This document shows, in pieces, positions 1 to 9,500 of a DNA stretch of 64,000 nt. Numbering within the stretch: the stretch's first letter is position 1; each line of letters starts with the position of its first letter. A program made the translations under genes and the position numbers. Under the pieces are notes generated by a model. The model saw only the letters and a list, made by a program, of their open reading frames with translations. It was not told the DNA's origin and made no database searches. Source of the DNA: an uncultured Gammaproteobacteria bacterium (lineage in GTDB: Bacteria > Patescibacteriota > Microgenomatia > UBA8517). The DNA is taken from contig CAZOVJ010000001.1 in NCBI GenBank assembly GCA_964583685.1, forward strand, positions 393,152 to 457,151, written 5' to 3'.

Positions 1-251
1 ATGGTGACAATTGTTTTGGTTGGTTTTTTTAGAGGCAAGGTTAAAAAGAAAGGAGCAAAAAAAGGATAATGAATCAAATCGTAATGAGAAAGTCTTTTCC
101 CCTTCTTCTTAAAATTAAAGGCTTCGATTTTCAGGCCCTTTTTTTTCCGGCTTTCCTTTTCCAAGGCCTTGACCAAATTCTTGGTATAGAAACCTATCCC
201 CCGAGTTCTGTGACCAGTACTTAAGGGTATTGTATTGATGGCTACTTTCAT
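1..251 (-). CDS. GT4 glycosyltransferase, N-terminal part (runs off the window edge)
   Basis: Not in the ORF track. Hand translation from ATG at 251 gives MKVAINTIPLSTGHRTRGIGFYTKNLVKAL...DLIHYPFF...KTIVT, a typical GT4 N-terminus. It abuts the stop of the upstream GT2. Confidence 0.8.
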   Translation of the reverse strand, partial: MKVAINTIPLSTGHRTRGIGFYTKNLVKALEKESRKKKGLKIEAFNFKKKGKRLSHYDLIHYPFFAPFFLTLPLKKPTKTIVT

Positions 252-1124
252 TTATTCTTCCTTTCCCTTCCAGTATTTAAAATAGGCAAGGGGAAAATGT
301 AAGGCTGAGAAACTAGACCAGATAAACCCGCGCATACCATCCAAAAAACCCTTATGCCTCAAGTAAAGATTTAGAAAAACAAATAGCGGTTTGATTATCG
401 AATAAAAAAGAAGGGAAAAAATATTTTTAGCAATCTTTTGTTCTTTAAAGTTCTTGGCACTCAAACTGGTGTATCTGTTAGCCCGCTCAAGATACCTTTT
501 TAAAGTTGGTGAATCGTGATGCTCCAAATCATTAAAAAGCCAGCTAACCTGGCCATCAATTTGCATTTGCTCGTGAACGGATTTGGCCGGAAAGCGGGCT
601 TTGCCCTTTTTGAGCAACCTGATTACGCCATCCGGGTAAAGGCCAGCGTGTATTAGAAACTTGCCTAAAAAGAAGTTTTTTCTGGGAACGAAAAGGGCAA
701 CAATTTCACCAGTATCTTTGCCAATTTTTCCGTTTCTTTTTTCAATTAAGGCCTGGTGTTTCTTAAAAAGCCTTTGCTTGCTTCTATCTTTTAATTTCCT
801 GGCTTTAATCTCTTTATCACTCGTTGAGATAACCCTACTTATCTCCGAAGCTAGTTCGGGCGTTACCCTTTCATCAGCGTCAAGTTGAAGAATCCAGTCT
901 CCGGTTGCATAATCTAATGCTTTCTGCTTGCTAATATGGAAAATAGGCTGATGGGCTACTCTATAAACCTTGGCTCCATAAGACTTGGCTATTTCTCGGG
1001 TTTTATCTACTGAGGACTCATCAACAACAATTATCTCATCCGCCAGTTGCTGAACAGATTCCAAACAAGGACCGATGTTCTCTTCCTCATTGCGGGTTGC
1101 AAGAACGATGCTTAGCTTTTTCAT
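252..1124 (-). CDS. GT2 glycosyltransferase (WaaE/KdtX beta-1,4-glucosyltransferase-like)
   Basis: SIVLATRNEE, VVDESSVD, LQLDADE, YPDGVIRL, SVHE and GFLDG motifs. Confidence 0.88.
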   Translation of the reverse strand: MKKLSIVLATRNEEENIGPCLESVQQLADEIIVVDESSVDKTREIAKSYGAKVYRVAHQPIFHISKQKALDYATGDWILQLDADERVTPELASEISRVISTSDKEIKARKLKDRSKQRLFKKHQALIEKRNGKIGKDTGEIVALFVPRKNFFLGKFLIHAGLYPDGVIRLLKKGKARFPAKSVHEQMQIDGQVSWLFNDLEHHDSPTLKRYLERANRYTSLSAKNFKEQKIAKNIFSLLFYSIIKPLFVFLNLYLRHKGFLDGMRGFIWSSFSALHFPLAYFKYWKGKEE

Positions 1125-1125
1125 C

Positions 1126-2796
1126 TCAATTCTCCACTATTTCAAAAGCAATATCTCCTTTTGGAAAATAAATTTTCTTTATTATATTCGCCTCATTAGG
1201 AATTTCTTCATCCGCAGGAATTTCTTCATCCGTTCCAATAATTAAGCTGTTGGGATTTTCTGGCTGCACTTGGTCAAAATCAATCGGTCCAAAATAAAAT
1301 TTATCAAATTGCTGGACAGTGGAAAAACCAAATTTATCTTTGGCTGTTAAGTAATGGTCAGCCTGAAATTTAGCTGGCGGATATTTTAAATAAAATAAGA
1401 AAAGAATGTAGGGCTGATCATAGCGGTCAGTGACAATAACCTTGTCATATTTATAGGCATTGTCCTGAACAAAAGAAACAAGCTCCTTAAGGCCATATTG
1501 GGAAGAAAAAGGATATTCCTTGGCCACATGAACCCAATACAGGTGGAGATATCTGGCAAAGTTCCAGGTGATGAAAGCAATAAGCAAAAAGTAACAAGCG
1601 ATAAGTACCTCTTGCGGTTTAATATTTTTCTTCAACCACTTGATTATTCTCACTAGTCCATAGGCGCTGATGATGGTCAGGGGAATAACCATGTTCTGGG
1701 CCCGAAGGGCATGGGGAGATTGGAAGGTTAAGGCGGCTGCCATTGGCGCTACCACTAACCACCAAAGCACAGGTTTCCACCCCTTGGACCCTTTGACAAT
1801 GGCCAGCAAACCGACAAGAATAAAGACCAAATCAAAGAGATACAGCTGACCAGTTTCCGGCACTTTATTGCGCTGAATTGCGTCACCGGACAAAAATAAA
1901 AACTCTCCCCAAAAATGCTCTCCCCAATTCTCTGTCAAGGCCAAGCCATAATTAACAACCTTATTGTGCAAAACTCGGGCCAAGAGTCCCTGATAATTGG
2001 CATGTTCACCTCTTTGTTCATTAATCCGAGCCAGAGGACCGGGGTCAGCAAAAAGACCAACCCCAGTTGCCCGGGAAACAGCTCCCGGCTTTAACAAATC
2101 AGCAACCAAAGGCAAAAGAAGAACTCCGGCTATCAGTCCAGCCATTAACAATGGCTTGAGCTTGGCTTTGAGCTGGCGACAATAAATGATGATAAAGCCT
2201 AAGCCGAGCAAGGGAACAACAAGCCTAGCCGCATGGTAAGTATACAAAGATAAGGCAAAAGGCAAAAGGCAAAAGGCAAAATATTTGAAATTTTTTAAAG
2301 ATTTTAAAAACAACCAAATGCCACAAGTAATAAAGAAGGTGGCAGCATTAACTTCCCAACCTCCTCGAGAAAAATGGATGTGCCAAGGACTTATGGCCAG
2401 GAAAAAGCTCGAGATAATGGCCAGTTTCTCTCGCCCACCTGCCCTGGGTGCGCTAATTCCCAATTCTTTAACTAGAAAATAAACAACTAATATTGTCGTT
2501 ACTCCCAAAAGAGCTCCGGGAATTCTCACTGCCCATTCATTTAAGCCAAGAAATTTAACAAAAGGCAAAACCAGGTAAAAGAAAAGACCGGGTTTATAGT
2601 CATTAAAGGACTGAAAATGAAGCGGCCAGGAATTACCGTGCTCATCTCTTCCGGTTTGGAGTAATGAATAGACATTGTAACCAATGGCCGCTTCATCAGC
2701 ATTAAGGGCCGGATAACTGTTTAATCGATAAAAGCGCAAAATGAAAGCAAGCAAAATTATCAAAAACAAAACTATTTTCTTGTTCTTAATCAGCAT
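1126..2796 (-). CDS. GT-C membrane glycosyltransferase, ArnT/PMT-like (subfamily A)
   Basis: LNADEAAIGYN..LLQTGRDE, SFNDYKP, AISPWHIHFSR; many TM helices; C-terminal soluble domain. Confidence 0.85.
   Translation of the reverse strand: MLIKNKKIVLFLIILLAFILRFYRLNSYPALNADEAAIGYNVYSLLQTGRDEHGNSWPLHFQSFNDYKPGLFFYLVLPFVKFLGLNEWAVRIPGALLGVTTILVVYFLVKELGISAPRAGGREKLAIISSFFLAISPWHIHFSRGGWEVNAATFFITCGIWLFLKSLKNFKYFAFCLLPFALSLYTYHAARLVVPLLGLGFIIIYCRQLKAKLKPLLMAGLIAGVLLLPLVADLLKPGAVSRATGVGLFADPGPLARINEQRGEHANYQGLLARVLHNKVVNYGLALTENWGEHFWGEFLFLSGDAIQRNKVPETGQLYLFDLVFILVGLLAIVKGSKGWKPVLWWLVVAPMAAALTFQSPHALRAQNMVIPLTIISAYGLVRIIKWLKKNIKPQEVLIACYFLLIAFITWNFARYLHLYWVHVAKEYPFSSQYGLKELVSFVQDNAYKYDKVIVTDRYDQPYILFLFYLKYPPAKFQADHYLTAKDKFGFSTVQQFDKFYFGPIDFDQVQPENPNSLIIGTDEEIPADEEIPNEANIIKKIYFPKGDIAFEIVEN
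1198..1232. repeat. 17-bp direct repeat with 18-bp period (in-frame duplication, DEEIPADEEIP)
   Basis: AGGAATTTCTTCATCCG at 1198-1214 and 1216-1232. Confidence 0.9.
1574..1608. repeat. Degenerate intragenic heptamer array (5 units)
   Basis: aaagcaa taagcaa aaagtaa caagcga taagtac; encodes VLIACYFLLIAF. Confidence 0.55.
2254..2281. repeat. Intragenic heptamer array (GGCAAAA x4, perfect)
   Basis: Four perfect units; encodes FAFCLLPFA. Confidence 0.9.
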
Positions 2797-2797
2797 A

Positions 2798-4447
2798 TTA
2801 TTTAACCTCTATTATCCTAAAAGCCTCCTCTCCGTTTAAATATTTTATTTCTCTAAGTAGGCGAAAAAGACTTTCATCACTGGAGTCCTCTATGGGAATT
2901 CTGATCGGATCAGCCACAAAAAGCGTTCCCTTCTCTCTCCGATTGATTGACCAGTCAATTGGACTAAACTCAATATTATCCAATTGCTCTACCTGGCCAA
3001 CGTCGCCAACCTCACTTTCCCTTAATCTTGCCTGTTTTTGGTATTTTAGGGGATCATATTTCTGGTAAAACAGAAAAAAGATATAGGGTTGGGCAAATGA
3101 TTGTTGAACTTTTATTTTTTGATAATTATTCTGGACTGGGCTGACTGTTTCTACTATCTGCTTATAGCCATATTCCCAGTATTTTGAATCGTGCTTAGGA
3201 AGATGAATAAAATAAGCATCTAAAAAGTAGGTAAAACTTGCCAGATAGAAAAGAATTACTATTCCGCAACCCGCAACCCGCAGCCGTCTCCTCCCTATCC
3301 AAACAACTAAACTTCGTAAACCGAAGGCAGCAACAATCATCAAGGGAATCAACAAGTTATAAGAGCGGACTGCCTGAATTTGGTCCCTGGATAAAGCAGC
3401 TGGCAGAGGAGCTAAAAAGAGCCAAAGCCAAACAAATTTAACTTCTCTTTTGGCCGCTAATCTGGTCAGACTGACAAAACCAAAAATCAAGGCAATTAAA
3501 TCAGCAAACAATAAAACTCCCTGATTGGGGGCAGTATGTCTTGGATTTTGCCAATCTCCCTCGAAAAAGAGAAACCTTGTTGAGAAATGATTGAACCAGC
3601 GACCCAAAACTCCCCGAGTAAAATTAAGAGCTTCTGAATGAAAAAGATAATATCTCAAACTGCCAACTTTTTCATTTCCCTGGTCAAGAAAGTCTTGAAG
3701 ATAAACCTCTGGCCGCGGGTAGGAAAAGACACTGAATACTGACAACCTACCGGTTTTACCCTGAAAAAGACTGAAAATTATAGGCAAGGAAATGAAAAAT
3801 CCAGTCAAAAATGCGGCTAAAAGAGTTCTCTTTTTAAAACCCAGTAATTGCCTACGATAAAGAACTACCAATAATAAAACCACAATGGCTGACGACAGCT
3901 TAGCTCCCTGATAAATAAGCAGGCTTGAGCTAAAAAATAATCCAGAGAAGATTAAATATCTCTGTTTTTTAAAAGACCTGAAGAAAAAATAGATGCCTGC
4001 CAAAGTAAATGTTAGACAAACATTCATTTCCCAGGCGCCGCGACTAAAAAGAATGTGCCAGGGATTAATTACCAGTAAAAGACTGGCAATAATCGCCAAT
4101 TTATTGTTCTTAAAAACCTCTTTGATCAGTAGATAAAAAAGCCAGACTGCTAAAATCCCAGACAGAGCACTGGGAAGCCGGACAGCAAGTTCGTTCAGTC
4201 CTAATAGAGCGACAAAGGGGGTAGTTAAATATATATAAAGGCCGGGCTTGAAATCGCCAAAAGATTTGAAAATTATGGGTAAGAAATTACCATACTCATC
4301 TTTGCCTGTCTTTAAAATTGAGTAGGCATTGTACCCCAAGGCCGCTTCGTCCTGGGTCAGGTGGGGTGGGATAACCCCAAGTTTCCAAAGACGCAAAAAA
4401 CCGGCTAAAAGAAGAATCATTATCAGCAAACTTTGTTTAATTTTCAT
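2798..4447 (-). CDS. GT-C ArnT/PMT-like glycosyltransferase (subfamily A)
   Basis: LTQDEAALGYNAYSILKTGKDE, SFGDFKP, INPWHILFSR, QPYIFFLFY. Start moved to ATG 4447, which overlaps the upstream stop. Confidence 0.85.
   Translation of the reverse strand: MKIKQSLLIMILLLAGFLRLWKLGVIPPHLTQDEAALGYNAYSILKTGKDEYGNFLPIIFKSFGDFKPGLYIYLTTPFVALLGLNELAVRLPSALSGILAVWLFYLLIKEVFKNNKLAIIASLLLVINPWHILFSRGAWEMNVCLTFTLAGIYFFFRSFKKQRYLIFSGLFFSSSLLIYQGAKLSSAIVVLLLVVLYRRQLLGFKKRTLLAAFLTGFFISLPIIFSLFQGKTGRLSVFSVFSYPRPEVYLQDFLDQGNEKVGSLRYYLFHSEALNFTRGVLGRWFNHFSTRFLFFEGDWQNPRHTAPNQGVLLFADLIALIFGFVSLTRLAAKREVKFVWLWLFLAPLPAALSRDQIQAVRSYNLLIPLMIVAAFGLRSLVVWIGRRRLRVAGCGIVILFYLASFTYFLDAYFIHLPKHDSKYWEYGYKQIVETVSPVQNNYQKIKVQQSFAQPYIFFLFYQKYDPLKYQKQARLRESEVGDVGQVEQLDNIEFSPIDWSINRREKGTLFVADPIRIPIEDSSDESLFRLLREIKYLNGEEAFRIIEVK
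3264..3284. repeat. Intragenic heptamer array (CCGCAAC x2 + CCGCAGC)
   Basis: 21 bp, GC-rich; encodes RLRVAGCG. Confidence 0.7.
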
Positions 4448-6149
4448 AAATTTCAAAAGCCGGCTGGCCATCTAGAAAATTAATTGTTTTTAATTTGTGC
4501 CAGCCTTGAGGATAATTTCCCGGACCGGTAATCAGAAGACAGTCTTTTCCTTGACAATCCGCCTTTTCGCCACTTTCTAAAATAAATTCTCCGTTTTTAC
4601 TTGTTGGTATCTGCCAGTCATTGACAAAATAGAACTTGTCAAATCTATCCAGCCAATACCAGTTTGATTGGTAAAAGCGGATAAGCTCGGGGTCATTTTG
4701 GAATCTTGCAGGCTCCCAAGGCCAGTAAAATAAGAAAAATTCATGGGGCTCACCATATTTTTTAGTAATAATAAACTTCTCATATTTCTGATAATTAGTC
4801 CTACTATAATCAACCACTTCCTTATACCCATACTGCCAGGACCAAGAATAGTTCTGCCGATATTCAAAGGCATAAGCCTGGCCATAATTTTCAATAGACA
4901 GGCCCAAAAGGAAAATATAGATTACGGCGAATAAATACTGAGGAACAATTCCTCCCGCAGGGCGGGCTTTCAACCATTGCCATACCAAGTTCAGACCAAG
5001 AGCAGAAAAAATCATTGGTATTGGTAGAAGTACAATACTCCTTAAAACATGAGGGGCCTCTCGGGTTAGACTTGAAGCGATTGGTCCAAGAAGAAACCAG
5101 CTAAGCAACAAACGAGCACTTTTTTCTTTATTCATCCTCTTAACAACAACAATCAACCCTAGCAAAAAAAATGGACAATTGATGGCGTATAAAAGTCCGT
5201 GTTCGGGCAAACTAAATTGATAATGGCTTCCGCCCTTCAAAAACAAGAATTCTGGAGAGAAGTGAGAAAAGTAGTTGGCAAGAAAAGTCTTTGTAAAATA
5301 GGTAACCTTGTTGTGGATTAAGAGGCTAGCTAGAGGCGTTAATTCTGTCTTGAGTCGCTCCTCATTTATCCGGTTAATCATTCCCTGGTCCAAAATCTCC
5401 ACCCATTGATAACGGGCTTGGCCGACTGGGTTGAAAAGCTGGTAAAACATAGGCAGGAAGAAAAATGCAAAAATCAAAATGCAAAATGCAAAAATCTTTT
5501 TATTTTTTTGATAAAACGACAAAACTTCTCTTTTATAAATAAAACTGAGTCCTAAAAGTAAGAGGGGAACAAAAATTCGGGCAGAATTATAAGTCCAGAC
5601 TGACAGGGAAAGCAAACCAATCCCCAATAATATTGGCCAAGATTTTTTCTCTAAACCCAACCATAAGAAATAAACACCGGAAATAATCAGGGCCAGGGAC
5701 AAGTTGGCTTCTACCGCAACCCTGGAAACAAACAAACCCCAGGGCTCCAAGGCAAGTAAAAGGCCAGCGATAATGGCCAGTTCCTTGCTTTTAAAAAGTT
5801 TTTTAACCAATAAATAGGTAAACAAAACACTAAAAGTTCCTGCCAAAATCGAAGGAAGCCTAACAGATAAAGCACTCAGGCCAAAAAAGAACTCTGAAAT
5901 TAAAGTCAAATAAATATAAAACGGCAGCTTATAATCACCATAAGCCCTGAAAATAATCGGCAACCTCTTTCCCCACTCGTCTTTGCCGGTCTTCAAAATA
6001 GAATAAGCATTATAACCATGACTGACCTCATCCCAATTAAGAGCCGGCGGAACAAGGGAAACATGACTAAATCTGAGGAAAAAGGCAAGTAAAATAACCA
6101 ATATTACCAGTAAATTTTTCCGAACTAAAAAAAGCCCTTTTAATAACAT
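4437..6149 (-). CDS. GT-C ArnT/PMT-like glycosyltransferase (subfamily A)
   Basis: LNWDEVSHGYNAYSILKTGKDE, YGDYKLP, EPHEFFLFY; TGATG overlap with the upstream gene. Confidence 0.85.
   Translation of the reverse strand: MLLKGLFLVRKNLLVILVILLAFFLRFSHVSLVPPALNWDEVSHGYNAYSILKTGKDEWGKRLPIIFRAYGDYKLPFYIYLTLISEFFFGLSALSVRLPSILAGTFSVLFTYLLVKKLFKSKELAIIAGLLLALEPWGLFVSRVAVEANLSLALIISGVYFLWLGLEKKSWPILLGIGLLSLSVWTYNSARIFVPLLLLGLSFIYKREVLSFYQKNKKIFAFCILIFAFFFLPMFYQLFNPVGQARYQWVEILDQGMINRINEERLKTELTPLASLLIHNKVTYFTKTFLANYFSHFSPEFLFLKGGSHYQFSLPEHGLLYAINCPFFLLGLIVVVKRMNKEKSARLLLSWFLLGPIASSLTREAPHVLRSIVLLPIPMIFSALGLNLVWQWLKARPAGGIVPQYLFAVIYIFLLGLSIENYGQAYAFEYRQNYSWSWQYGYKEVVDYSRTNYQKYEKFIITKKYGEPHEFFLFYWPWEPARFQNDPELIRFYQSNWYWLDRFDKFYFVNDWQIPTSKNGEFILESGEKADCQGKDCLLITGPGNYPQGWHKLKTINFLDGQPAFEIYEN
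5462..5496. repeat. Intragenic heptamer array (AAAATGC/AAAAATC x5)
   Basis: aaaatgc aaaaatc aaaatgc aaaatgc aaaaatc; encodes IFAFCILIFAF. Confidence 0.85.
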
Positions 6150-7801
6150 CAAGACTCAACTAGCCAATAAGCATCTGTTCCATTTGGGTATCTAATAATC
6201 TTCTTTGTTTTAATTTCCTGAGGAAATTCTTCCGGGCTACCAATAACTAAAACATTTTGCTTAAGCAAATCTAATTTCCAATCAATTGTCTTAAAAGTAT
6301 ATTTATCCAAGTGATAAACATCTAATTGATCCAGCCAAATTAATCCTTTTTCTTCAAATTTCCAATTTCCCGACTGCTCCTGTATCTGAGCTGGCTCAAT
6401 CTTCTTATAAAAAGCAACAAATATCTGCGGCTCTGAGATTTTTTTAGTAAAAATAATCTCTTCGTATTCACCTTCAATCAGCCCCAGATATTCCATGATC
6501 TCCCTGGTGCCATAAATCATTGCTTTTGCTTGAGTTGCCGGTTGTTGAACAAAATAATCTTCAAGGAAAAAAGCAAAGGAAACAAGAAGAATTAAGCTCG
6601 CGCCAGGAATTATCAATTTTTGAAAGTATTTGGGAAGCTTTTCCTTAAGCTCAAAATATAAATAAATTCCGCCTATACCGGAAATTATTTGAAGGGCTGG
6701 AACCATAAAAAGAACCCGATTAGCCGCATAGCCCGGACCAATACTTAAAGCCGCTGGTATGGGTGAGATGAAAATCCAAAAGATGAGCCAATTAAGTTTT
6801 TTGATTTTACCAGTTAGCCAAGCCCAAACAAAGGCTAACAATAAAAACAACTCAAAGGTGTAAAGAACTCCCTTGCCCGGAAGCATGCCATAGGTTCCTT
6901 CTCCCGGTCCCTGGCTAAAGAAAAACTGGGGAGAAAAATATGAGAAATAATTCCTTAGAAAGGTTGAAAAGACAAAAGTCAGTTTATTATTAAAAATTCG
7001 GGCAGTAAAATCGGGCAAGCCTGCTAAGACGGCCGAGTATCTGGCGTCTCTTACATTCGAAGCCAGGCTAAAAATTCCGGCTGAGGATAGCCGTGAGCCT
7101 GCCCCAAAAAACAGGCTATAGCCTGCCAATAGCAAAAAAGGGCAAAAAACAATCAGGCCAGGAAGACATCTTTTGAAATCTAGTCTTGAACGATTAAACC
7201 AAATCAAACCTAGCAACAAAAGGGGCGTCAGTAAACGGGCTGAATGATAGGAAAAAAGATTTAGGCCAAAAATTAAGGCTGAAAGAACAAAAAGTTTGGC
7301 TCTTTTCAATTCTCTTGGAGAAAATGAACAAGCCTTAAAAAAGAAGAAAAGGGCCAAGGGCAAAAGAAAGGTTGTCAAGTTAGCCTCAAAGGCTCCTCTG
7401 GACATGGGAATATGCCAAGGAGAAATGGCTAACAGTAAAGCTGTTAGAATTGCCAAATTCTGCCTTTTAAAAACCTCCTTAACCAAAAAATAAACAACCA
7501 AGATTGATAAGCTGCCTAAAATAGCATTGGGTAGCCGGACAGCAAATTCATTCAGTCCAAAAACAGCGACAAAGGGAATATCTAGATAAGCATATAGAGG
7601 AAGTTTATAATCGCCAAAGGAACGCAGGGAAAGAGGGAAAGATCTTCCCCATTGGTCTTTTCCAGTCTTCAAAATCGAATAGGCATCGTAGCCAAAAGAG
7701 GCTTCATCAGGCGTGAAGCCGGTCGGATGGTTAGACAAAGCAATAACCCGCAATACAAAGGCAATTAAAATTATGCCTACCAGTAACCATTTTCGCATCA
7801 A
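6149..7801 (-). CDS. GT-C ArnT/PMT-like glycosyltransferase (subfamily A)
   Basis: FTPDEASFGYDAYSILKTGKDQ, SFGDYKLP, AISPWHIPMSR. Confidence 0.85.
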   Translation of the reverse strand: MMRKWLLVGIILIAFVLRVIALSNHPTGFTPDEASFGYDAYSILKTGKDQWGRSFPLSLRSFGDYKLPLYAYLDIPFVAVFGLNEFAVRLPNAILGSLSILVVYFLVKEVFKRQNLAILTALLLAISPWHIPMSRGAFEANLTTFLLPLALFFFFKACSFSPRELKRAKLFVLSALIFGLNLFSYHSARLLTPLLLLGLIWFNRSRLDFKRCLPGLIVFCPFLLLAGYSLFFGAGSRLSSAGIFSLASNVRDARYSAVLAGLPDFTARIFNNKLTFVFSTFLRNYFSYFSPQFFFSQGPGEGTYGMLPGKGVLYTFELFLLLAFVWAWLTGKIKKLNWLIFWIFISPIPAALSIGPGYAANRVLFMVPALQIISGIGGIYLYFELKEKLPKYFQKLIIPGASLILLVSFAFFLEDYFVQQPATQAKAMIYGTREIMEYLGLIEGEYEEIIFTKKISEPQIFVAFYKKIEPAQIQEQSGNWKFEEKGLIWLDQLDVYHLDKYTFKTIDWKLDLLKQNVLVIGSPEEFPQEIKTKKIIRYPNGTDAYWLVES

Positions 7802-7844
7802 TACTTTATTATACAGCCATTTAATTTACTGTATACTCTTGCTA
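7802..7844. promoter_or_regulatory. Divergent promoter region with two leaderless-type -10 boxes
   Basis: TATAAT on - strand (7808-7813) lies 6 nt before TTG 7801; TATACT on + strand (7832-7837) lies 7 nt before GTG 7845. Confidence 0.6.
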
Positions 7845-9500
7845 GTGCCAAAGCATAAACTCAAAAAATTGGCAGCTTTCCTGATTTTAAGCCTTTTAAT
7901 AATCAAGTTTGTTTTACTGCTCCAAGATTCGACGCCAACAACAATTGATGAGGCCCAAAGAGCCTATTTCTCCTTCTCAATCTTCAAAATTAAACCAGAA
8001 CTGACAGGAGATTTTTGGAGCTTTGGCAAAGAACAAGGCTACTTACTATTCTGGCTTCCAATTGTCTTTCTCAAACTCCTTTTTCTTTTTCTCCCTTTAT
8101 CTACCTTGAGCCTGCGAATTTCATCTCTAATCCTTTCGTTTCTCTCCTCGTTTTTCTTTGCTCTCAGCGCTGTTTGTTTGATAAAACACCAAAAGAAACA
8201 GGAACTTATTCTTTTTTCCACTAGCTTCCTCATTTTTTTCCTCTCCCCCTGGCAAAATTTTCTCGCCACCTTCTCTTTACCTGCCAATTTAACAATCTTT
8301 TTTGTCACTTTCTCTGTTTTTGCCTTTTTAAAAAGAGAGAAAAATCGTTTTTTCTCAGCCATCTATCCAATAAGCCTTGTCCTGGCAGGCTTCACTGGCT
8401 GGCCAGGCTTAATTTTTAGCTCTACCTTTTTGCTGTTTAGTAATCGCCGACTTCGGAAATTTAGTTTAATTGGTCTAATACTCTTGATCTGCCTGCTTTA
8501 TTTAAATAAAACATTTGTAAGACAATTCCTTGAAACTTCTTTTCTTAATCACCTGAGACCAGAAAGATTAGCCTTTGAAATAAACGAAAGGCAAAGAATT
8601 GATTTTTTGGCAGTAGAAAGAAAATTTATTCTGCCCTACGGCTTGAGAAAGTTAACCTACAACAAACCTGCTCTTGCCCTAAATAAAGTTGTTTCCCAGG
8701 CTGTTTCCTTCTTTGACTTCGAGCAGTTTGCTTCACCCTTGGATTCTTACCAGATTATCCGACTGAGCGGTCTTGTGCCAAAAGGCAATCCAATTTTGGG
8801 CTATATCTGGGAAATACCCCTTGTTATCTCTGGTCTCTATCTCTTGCTTCGAAACAAAAAAATGGCTAAAGAAAAAGTTTTGCTCTTATTATTTTGCTCT
8901 GGTTTTGCTTCTTTCCTGCTTTTCGAAAAAAAGTTAATGGTTCAGTCAGCCTTTATTCTACTTCCCCTTATTCTTATTTTAGAAACATTGGCCATCTTCA
9001 ACTTTGTCTTTAAAAAACCAATTCTTTCTCTTCTTTTTCCCTTGTTTTTATTGGGCATCATCAATTATCACTATCGTTTTTTTTACCAACCTCAAAATTA
9101 TCTAACTTCCCACCCCTTTCTTTTCCGGGAAATTGGCTACTGGCTCAAAGAAAACAAAACTGATAAAGACATTATCATTACCACTAGATTTGGCTCAACT
9201 CATCTGATGACCGCATTTTATCTGGAAATAAACCCCAATCTCTTTTGGCCCGAATATCTGAATAACAAAGAAGAGAAAACCTTTGACCATCTACATTTTA
9301 AAACTTTTCAAGTAAGTCAAGATAGACTGGAAGCAAAGACTGTTTATATCGGATTGATTGGGGAATTCGTTAAACCGGGAAAGTATTTGGAACAGAGAAA
9401 ACAACCGAACTTTTTCCATCTGATAAAAACCATTTCCGCAGAAGATGAAACGGTTTTCAATTATGGCAACTCAATATGGATAGGCTATTTCAACAAATAA
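7845..9500 (+). CDS. Divergent GT-C ArnT/PMT-like membrane protein
   Basis: TTIDEAQRAY, LSPWQ, INERQR..LTYNK similar to subfamily A. In-frame GTG 7845 chosen because the track start at 7713 overlaps the divergent gene. Confidence 0.7.
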   Translation: MPKHKLKKLAAFLILSLLIIKFVLLLQDSTPTTIDEAQRAYFSFSIFKIKPELTGDFWSFGKEQGYLLFWLPIVFLKLLFLFLPLSTLSLRISSLILSFLSSFFFALSAVCLIKHQKKQELILFSTSFLIFFLSPWQNFLATFSLPANLTIFFVTFSVFAFLKREKNRFFSAIYPISLVLAGFTGWPGLIFSSTFLLFSNRRLRKFSLIGLILLICLLYLNKTFVRQFLETSFLNHLRPERLAFEINERQRIDFLAVERKFILPYGLRKLTYNKPALALNKVVSQAVSFFDFEQFASPLDSYQIIRLSGLVPKGNPILGYIWEIPLVISGLYLLLRNKKMAKEKVLLLLFCSGFASFLLFEKKLMVQSAFILLPLILILETLAIFNFVFKKPILSLLFPLFLLGIINYHYRFFYQPQNYLTSHPFLFREIGYWLKENKTDKDIIITTRFGSTHLMTAFYLEINPNLFWPEYLNNKEEKTFDHLHFKTFQVSQDRLEAKTVYIGLIGEFVKPGKYLEQRKQPNFFHLIKTISAEDETVFNYGNSIWIGYFNK

